Of a stretch of DNA of 35,545 nt, positions 29,773-35,545 are shown piece by piece (the first letter of the stretch is position 1; every line of letters begins with the position of its first letter). Source of the stretch: a virus (taxonomy: Duplodnaviria > Caudoviricetes). The DNA lies in the IMG/VR virus record IMGVR_UViG_3300008085_000924, positions 1-35,545 of that record. One strand, given 5' to 3'. The notes beneath the pieces were generated by a model. It saw only the letters and a program-made list of their open reading frames with translations, made no database searches and was not told where the DNA came from. The translations under genes and the position numbers were made by a program.

Positions 29773-31110
29773 ACTACTACCGCCGCAGCATATATCGTTT
29801 GGCGAGCAATATTTCGCCCCGATCAAACTATTCTAATTGCCGCCAACAAAAACGTATCTGCTCTAGAAATTATGCAGAGAATACGATACACATATGAAGA
29901 ACTTCCGGAATGGCTAAAAGCTGGCGCTGTAACATATAACAAGGGAAGTATTGAATTTGATAATGGTAGTAGAATTATTTCACGAGCTACCACTCCCGAC
30001 GCTGGCCGTGGTCTAAGTATTTCTCTATTATATTTGGACGAATTTGCGTTCGTTAGACCAAAGATTGCGGAAGAATTTTGGACTGCTATTCAGCCCACCC
30101 TTTCTACTGGCGGTGACTGTATTATCACTTCTACTCCCAACTCAGATGAAGATCAATTCGCTAAGATTTGGTTTGGTGCCGAAAATACTATTGATGAAAA
30201 TGGTTTGGAACGAGTAGGCAGTGTGGGTATCAATGGATTTAAAGCTATAAAAGTAACTTGGGACGCTCATCCTGACCGCGATGATGCGTGGGCTGAAAGC
30301 CAAATGCAAAAAGTTGGACTCTCACAATTCGAGAGAGAATTCGCTTGCAAGTTTATTCAAGCAGATGAAACGCTAATTCATCCACTTAGATTGTCCAATT
30401 TATCGGGCGTTGATCCGTATTTAATTGATGACGGAGTTAGATGGTATACTCAACCCATACCCAATAAAACTTATGTTGTGGGGTATGATCCCGCTGTGGG
30501 CACTGGCGGTGATTTTGCAGCTATTCAAGTATTTCAAATGCCGGAAATGGTTCAAGTTGCTGAATGGAAAGCTAACAATATTGATACTAGGGGTCAAGTA
30601 AAAGTATTACAGAGAATATTAAAAAGAATACAGGATTCAATGGTTTCAAGTGGACAACAGCAGGGTGATACAGAAATATATTGGACAATTGAAAATAATA
30701 CAGTGGGCGAAGCTGCTCTACAAGTGGTTAGTGATACTGATGAAGAAAATTTTGCTGGTACTTTTATGCACGAACCCAAGCGAGCGGGAATGGGGCGTAG
30801 AATGCGCAAAGGTATGACCACCACTAATAAAAGTAAAATTGCCGCTTCAATGAAATTTAAGAGTTTGGTTGAAACAAACAGATTAACTATTCTGTCAAAA
30901 GCTCTTATTTCCGAACTTAAGGGATTTGTTAGAAGTGGCCCTGGCTTCGCGGCTAAATACGGGTATAATGATGATATTATATCTGCTACGTTGTTATGTA
31001 TTAGAATGGTTGTTATGTTGAGCAATTATGACCCGGATTTTGATGATAAATTAAAGGAAACGCTAGATTACGATGATGATTTTCAAGCACCAATGCCAAT
31101 TATCTTTTAA
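29350..31110 (+). CDS. Split intein C part fused to terminase large subunit C-terminal fragment (445 aa)
   Basis: After SHN come TTT (rest of Walker A), Walker B LLYLDEFAF, coupling motif TSTPN, and nuclease motifs GYDPAVG..GDF and NDDII. Confidence 0.95.
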   Translation: MIKKLCIVIIKAILWIIDKNHRIKHEIPLDDVKKFTHTNSVLFHSDFAMGVNAFRTVPYECWELKTNTRTIYGADKHLFYQENGETIYLKDCIPYNTTLHTEKGPERVISVRNLNFRTHMYDVEINHPKHWYYANGILSHNTTTAAAYIVWRAIFRPDQTILIAANKNVSALEIMQRIRYTYEELPEWLKAGAVTYNKGSIEFDNGSRIISRATTPDAGRGLSISLLYLDEFAFVRPKIAEEFWTAIQPTLSTGGDCIITSTPNSDEDQFAKIWFGAENTIDENGLERVGSVGINGFKAIKVTWDAHPDRDDAWAESQMQKVGLSQFEREFACKFIQADETLIHPLRLSNLSGVDPYLIDDGVRWYTQPIPNKTYVVGYDPAVGTGGDFAAIQVFQMPEMVQVAEWKANNIDTRGQVKVLQRILKRIQDSMVSSGQQQGDTEIYWTIENNTVGEAALQVVSDTDEENFAGTFMHEPKRAGMGRRMRKGMTTTNKSKIAASMKFKSLVETNRLTILSKALISELKGFVRSGPGFAAKYGYNDDIISATLLCIRMVVMLSNYDPDFDDKLKETLDYDDDFQAPMPIIF

Positions 31111-31142
31111 ATGATAAATAATTAAAACTGTTAAGGAAAAAA

Positions 31143-33911
31143 ATGCCTATTATTTTATCAAAAGCTACTCAACGAATTTTTGACATACTAAAAGGTTCTG
31201 GACAAACTCTATATATGTTTGATTCTGAAGGTACTCGTATCTATGATTCGGAAACAGCAACTAGATTTTTTGCAGAACCATCGAATATGATGATAATGGT
31301 TGACGGGGATGATTCTGGCAACATTAAAGTTTATATTAGTTCAAGTGCGGATGTAACCGAAAATAAAAAAACTATAGATATGATTAGGCAAACAGCGAGA
31401 CACTATAATATGGATTATTCATTAAAGAAATTTGGTAAAAAATTATCCCCTAAAGATTTCGCACATTTGAGTGAAAGTTCACTGTTTGGTTCATCCAAAT
31501 CCAGTTACCAAAAAATAGGAGAAATAAAATTAATTTTACGACATAGCGACCGAATAAATGAAGAAATTCGAGGAGCAAGATCACGTAGAATTGCACAAAC
31601 ATTTATTGAAGATGCAGTGGGGCAAAGATTTAAATTGCCCACAAATTGGTTATCGGGCAATAGAGCTATTGCCAAATATGTTTCCGAAGGCGGTACTCTT
31701 TATGATGATACAGGTGCAAAGCTTAAAAAACTTACTGAACAATATGTTGATTTACGAATATTATTTAAATTTTCAAAAACTCTAACAGAACAAACTAAAT
31801 TTACTAAAGATGTTATGGTTAATGCTTGGGAAAAGATAAATGAAATAAGTAAAATTATTCATGGGATAAATAGTAAAACCCTGTATGAAGAAACCATAAA
31901 TACAGTAAATAATATTACTAATGTCCTAAATGAAGATAATGTATCTTTAAAAATAGAAAATTTATATAGTCAATTAAAAATTGATCCAGAGGATTTAAAA
32001 ATGAGAAAAATAATTGAAAATGTTGCTAATTTATCACTAGATGAAGCAAGACCAAAAAAAGGCGTTGATTTTGAAGTAACTCCGCAAATTCAAAAGTGGG
32101 CAGAAATTTTAGAAAAATTAGACGCATTTTCTAGTGATGATACAGATAGGTCATATGGTCCCGAAGGCGAAGAAATTAGAAATGAAGATTTCTTGAAACA
32201 AGCCAAGAGATTGGCTGAACGAGAAATTACTCGTTTTCCGGGAGCAAAACAAGCAATTCCTCAAAAAGAATTAAGCAGTGATCCGGAAGTAGCAGCATAT
32301 CAAAAGAAAGCCGATTATTATGCGACCATTTCTCAGTATTTAAACCCCAGTGATGATGCTATTTTGGGCAACATTATTTCAAGATTAAGTGATCACTATA
32401 TGTATTTGGTTGGCGGACAGAATACTACTATGCCGCAAGGTAATGCAACTTTCAAATATATCGAAAATTTGGCCGATGCAGTGGCCAAAATGGTTGGTGT
32501 TAACAAAGCGCAATACGAATCCATTAATAATGAAAGTATATCAGGGTTAACTGAATGGTTTAAAAAGTTTGATGTAAACACAATAATGAATGAAGAACGC
32601 GCTAAAAAATTAAATGAAAAGAAAACAGAACTTGCAAAGAAAGTAAAAGAAATAAAAGAAACTAGAAGAACTAAAGCCAAAAATTTAGTTGAAGATCAGG
32701 AAAAGTTTTTTGGTCTAGCTACCAAAGTAGTTCATTTCAATGAAGATGAATCAAAGATTAAGAAATTAACTAAGTATCTTTCAGAATCACAAAAGAGAAG
32801 ATTGGTTAAAGTCATAGAATCCACTTGGGATAAAACAGTAACTAGAAACGTAGCCCATGCAATGAACTTACACGAATCATATGATTGGGCTTCTGTTAAC
32901 TTGGATGCAAATATTTCTAGATTAACACGTTTTGATTCTTCTCTTGGTGATTATGCTAGAAAAATTGCCGATGCTATCAACAAATATGATATTGATATGG
33001 AAAGCAAAAAGAGTTTAGGCAATGTGTTGAGCCACTTGTCAAGCGACGCTGAAGATCCAATGAGCCATAGAGATCCCGAAAATAAAATGGATTTGGCTTT
33101 AAGTGTTGTTACATATGACGGTAGAAATGAATCTGTTAAGAAAATAGTTAGTGCTTTAAAGAAATTAGCTTATAGACTACATGAAAAACATTACGGCAAT
33201 GATGACGGATTGGGCGAAGCTATGCACAACGAAATGATGGAAGCAAAAGATGGCAGAAAAGCTACTTCTGCTATGAGTTCAAGTGACAAAATGGCTAAAC
33301 AAATGGATAGAATTGGTAGTTCAAGACAATTTGCATTAGACAAAGCTAGAAAATTGGTAGCAAAGGGAAAAACACCAAAAGAAGCACTAGCGGTTGTTAA
33401 TATTCCTGCAAATAAAGAAGCATTGGATTATGTTCGAGCCGCCGCACAAATGGCAGAACCAGAAGACAAGTATGCTGCAATGGCTAAAAAATATGGTATT
33501 AAAGAATCCGATCAAAAGGCAGTATTTTCTGGCAGAGTAAAAAACAAAGCAATGTTTGTTGAAGCTATTACAAAAGAAAAGGGTGATCAAGCAGGTAGAG
33601 CAACCAAGTTTATTCTAGAAGGTAAATCTTTTGCAAAAATAAAGAGAAATATACTTGAAACTATAAGTGATTATGCTTTAGAAAAGAATGAATTAGAATT
33701 GGGCGGCGCTATATTAAGAACATTAAATCCTGTTGAAGAAACAGTTAATGAAGCGCCCGCAAAATCATATGTTAGGGTTGTAGTAGAAGGATTGTTCAAA
33801 GATTTAACCGGTGAAGTTGTTGTAAAAGAAGGTGAATTTTACACAGTTAAACTAAATGATGTTATTGATACACAAACTTTCCACATAGATGAACTTGATA
33901 TTTTGGAATAA
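31143..33911 (+). CDS. Large hypothetical protein downstream of terminase, probably virion/head associated
   Basis: 922 aa; GATAAATA at 31113; numerous (I/L)xE sites and coiled-coil stretches. Confidence 0.6.
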   Translation: MPIILSKATQRIFDILKGSGQTLYMFDSEGTRIYDSETATRFFAEPSNMMIMVDGDDSGNIKVYISSSADVTENKKTIDMIRQTARHYNMDYSLKKFGKKLSPKDFAHLSESSLFGSSKSSYQKIGEIKLILRHSDRINEEIRGARSRRIAQTFIEDAVGQRFKLPTNWLSGNRAIAKYVSEGGTLYDDTGAKLKKLTEQYVDLRILFKFSKTLTEQTKFTKDVMVNAWEKINEISKIIHGINSKTLYEETINTVNNITNVLNEDNVSLKIENLYSQLKIDPEDLKMRKIIENVANLSLDEARPKKGVDFEVTPQIQKWAEILEKLDAFSSDDTDRSYGPEGEEIRNEDFLKQAKRLAEREITRFPGAKQAIPQKELSSDPEVAAYQKKADYYATISQYLNPSDDAILGNIISRLSDHYMYLVGGQNTTMPQGNATFKYIENLADAVAKMVGVNKAQYESINNESISGLTEWFKKFDVNTIMNEERAKKLNEKKTELAKKVKEIKETRRTKAKNLVEDQEKFFGLATKVVHFNEDESKIKKLTKYLSESQKRRLVKVIESTWDKTVTRNVAHAMNLHESYDWASVNLDANISRLTRFDSSLGDYARKIADAINKYDIDMESKKSLGNVLSHLSSDAEDPMSHRDPENKMDLALSVVTYDGRNESVKKIVSALKKLAYRLHEKHYGNDDGLGEAMHNEMMEAKDGRKATSAMSSSDKMAKQMDRIGSSRQFALDKARKLVAKGKTPKEALAVVNIPANKEALDYVRAAAQMAEPEDKYAAMAKKYGIKESDQKAVFSGRVKNKAMFVEAITKEKGDQAGRATKFILEGKSFAKIKRNILETISDYALEKNELELGGAILRTLNPVEETVNEAPAKSYVRVVVEGLFKDLTGEVVVKEGEFYTVKLNDVIDTQTFHIDELDILE

Positions 33912-33916
33912 TAATA

Positions 33917-34363
33917 ATGGTAAGAAATAGAGAAACATTCTTAGCTGATATTAGATCACAATTTGGATGGGCGGTAGCTGAACAAGCCACCGCAATCCTT
34001 AATGGTGATGGATTTGAAAACCAAAACCAAAATGCACTTAAATTGATATTTGATGTTGCTAAACAACGCCGGGAATATGATTTAGCAGAAGATTTGGCTG
34101 ATTACTTGGAAATACCATTTGAAGTTCCGGATGGAGATATGGAACCAGATATGACCGATCATCTTTCTGATGAAGACTTTGTTAACTTAGTTTCCAGTAA
34201 ATTTGGGTGGGCTGTAGGGCAACAAGCTCAAGCAATTTTGGCAGATAATGATACTATACAAGATCAAAATCCCACAGCTCTTAGATATATAAGTGATTTG
34301 GCAGATATGCATGGTCGAGATGATATAGCAATAATGATTGATCAATTTTTAGATGAAGTATAA
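33917..34363 (+). CDS. Acidic protein made of two internal repeats
   Basis: S(Q/K)FGWAV..QA.AIL.....(N/D)QN..AL..I.D.A occurs twice. Confidence 0.7.
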   Translation: MVRNRETFLADIRSQFGWAVAEQATAILNGDGFENQNQNALKLIFDVAKQRREYDLAEDLADYLEIPFEVPDGDMEPDMTDHLSDEDFVNLVSSKFGWAVGQQAQAILADNDTIQDQNPTALRYISDLADMHGRDDIAIMIDQFLDEV

Positions 34364-34608
34364 TGCGATATTTTGAAATTATTAATATTACTGAAACTAC
34401 TTTGCCTGGGCATATGGGCATCGACTTAGTAGTGGATACGTCAATAAACCCCACAGAAATTTTAGCTCAATATCATGACACTGATTATGATCTTAACCGA
34501 ACACTTGGAAAATTAGAAACATCAAATGCTTCATGGCGGTTTATTATCAACAAGCGCGGACGTGAAACAGCACTTAATTTATTGAGAAAAATAATTAAAA
34601 AAAATTAA
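34363..34608 (+). CDS. Small hypothetical protein with capsid-targeting-like N-terminus
   Basis: TAATG coupling to the previous gene; starts MRYFEIINITE. Confidence 0.6.
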   Translation: MRYFEIINITETTLPGHMGIDLVVDTSINPTEILAQYHDTDYDLNRTLGKLETSNASWRFIINKRGRETALNLLRKIIKKN

Positions 34609-34628
34609 ATAATTTTAATTTGACCCCC

Positions 34629-34692
34629 AATAAATAATAAATAATAATAATAAATAATAAAAAAATAATAATAATAAATAATAATAAATAAT
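34629..34692 (+). repeat. Pure A/T microsatellite of AAT/AAAT units
   Basis: 64 consecutive bases with no G or C: aataaataataaataataataataaataataa... Confidence 0.9.
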
Positions 34693-34722
34693 GACAATCA
34701 ATTATTAAAATTAAGGAATAAC

Positions 34723-35545
34723 ATGGGGTTAATAGCAAAAGGTGGTGTTGGGTTTAAAGGTAGTGTTGGGTTTAATGTCAAAACTATAATTGATGAGTTC
34801 ATAGCAGATATAGAACTTGATAATACCCAAATAGGTGATAACGCATCTATAGGTCAGGTGGTGGGAATAGCAACAGTTATTAATTCAACTGAAACATTTG
34901 ATTTCGAATTAAATGATCCCACTGGTTCTTTTGCTATTACTACAGATGGTAATGTTTTAGTTAATACTATTTTAGATCATGCGTTGCGCAATTCAATACC
35001 TGTAGAAATTACTGCTATTCGTTTTTCTGGGTCTAAGACCAGCGAAACATTCACTATTTTGGTTTTTAACGGAAATCAACCGCCTACTGATATTAATTTA
35101 AGTAATAATAAAATTGGTTTATCAGTTAGGGGTGTTGGTCAGATAATTGGCACGGCAACCGCAGTTGACTCTAATCTACCCAATGATATTATCGCTTGGG
35201 ATTTGACTAGCAATCCCAATAATTACTTTAACATTAACTCATCGACCGGAGAGCTATCAATTGCTTCTTATCCGTCCGCAGGCCAATACACGATAACTAT
35301 TCGCGCTACTGATTCAGACGGCCAAACTTATTCTGAATCTTTTGTTATTGAACTAGATCCTGTTTTGGAAATAAAACTAACCGCTTTGGACGGCGCTGTC
35401 GGCGCTGATAGTGATCAGTTTGGGTGGTCAGTTGCTATTTCATCAGATGGCAATACCGCAATAGTTGGTGCTAACTTAGATAATGCCCCGAGTACTAATT
35501 CGGGGTCAGCGTATATATTCACACGTTCTGGATCTACATGGACTC
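34723..35545 (+). CDS. Cadherin-like plus FG-GAP repeat protein (3' partial), probable virion surface/adhesion protein
   Basis: Absent from the ORF track because it has no stop in the window. AAGGA RBS; NQPPTDINLSNN, FNINSSTGEL, ITIRATDSDG (cadherin-like), then DQFGWSVAISSDGNTAIVGA...GSAYIF (FG-GAP). Confidence 0.85.
   Translation, partial: MGLIAKGGVGFKGSVGFNVKTIIDEFIADIELDNTQIGDNASIGQVVGIATVINSTETFDFELNDPTGSFAITTDGNVLVNTILDHALRNSIPVEITAIRFSGSKTSETFTILVFNGNQPPTDINLSNNKIGLSVRGVGQIIGTATAVDSNLPNDIIAWDLTSNPNNYFNINSSTGELSIASYPSAGQYTITIRATDSDGQTYSESFVIELDPVLEIKLTALDGAVGADSDQFGWSVAISSDGNTAIVGANLDNAPSTNSGSAYIFTRSGSTWT

Noticed and set aside
25825-31110. Terminase as a pseudogene or as interrupted by a self-splicing intron
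   Set aside because: Both junctions carry intein motifs exactly at GK|T and all catalytic motifs are intact; no group I or II intron core was recognised.
5-33590. Short antisense and alternate-frame ORFs in the track (e.g. 5-271, 31-396, 6477-6881, 16026-16394, 24421-24846, 30594-31025)
   Set aside because: They lie within well-supported genes and lack motifs; likely shadow ORFs.
34629-34692. CRISPR array
   Set aside because: Low-complexity microsatellite with no unique spacers and no cas genes.
1-35545. Alternative genetic code or stop-codon reassignment
   Set aside because: Conserved genes are full length and densely packed under the standard code; the only break (terminase) is explained by the split intein.

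Overview
AT-rich segment of a large T4-like (jumbo-type) myophage genome covering a virion-morphogenesis region. It holds a neck protein, dNMP kinase, a 1190-aa tail sheath, tail tube, a tube-related baseplate protein, head-completion nuclease, several probable internal head proteins and the terminase large subunit. Two things stand out. (1) The terminase is fractured at its Walker A motif by an atypically split intein (42-aa IntN starting with Ser; 141-aa IntC ending SHN followed by Thr). The halves lie about 3.15 kb apart, with a Vsr-like endonuclease and four cargo ORFs between them. (2) An ~8 kb island between sheath and tube carries three related endonuclease-like genes, a CMP-Kdo synthetase (kdsB) and a Ro60/TROVE protein preceded by a promoter and two structured Y-RNA-like elements sharing an 11-nt motif. 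Other accessory genes are a flotillin (5' partial), a Ser/Thr kinase-like protein with a capsid-targeting-like N-terminus, a Usg-family protein and a cadherin/FG-GAP protein (3' partial). kdsB and usg suggest a Gram-negative, possibly alphaproteobacterial, host (inference). All calls come from motif recognition by eye; no database search was run.
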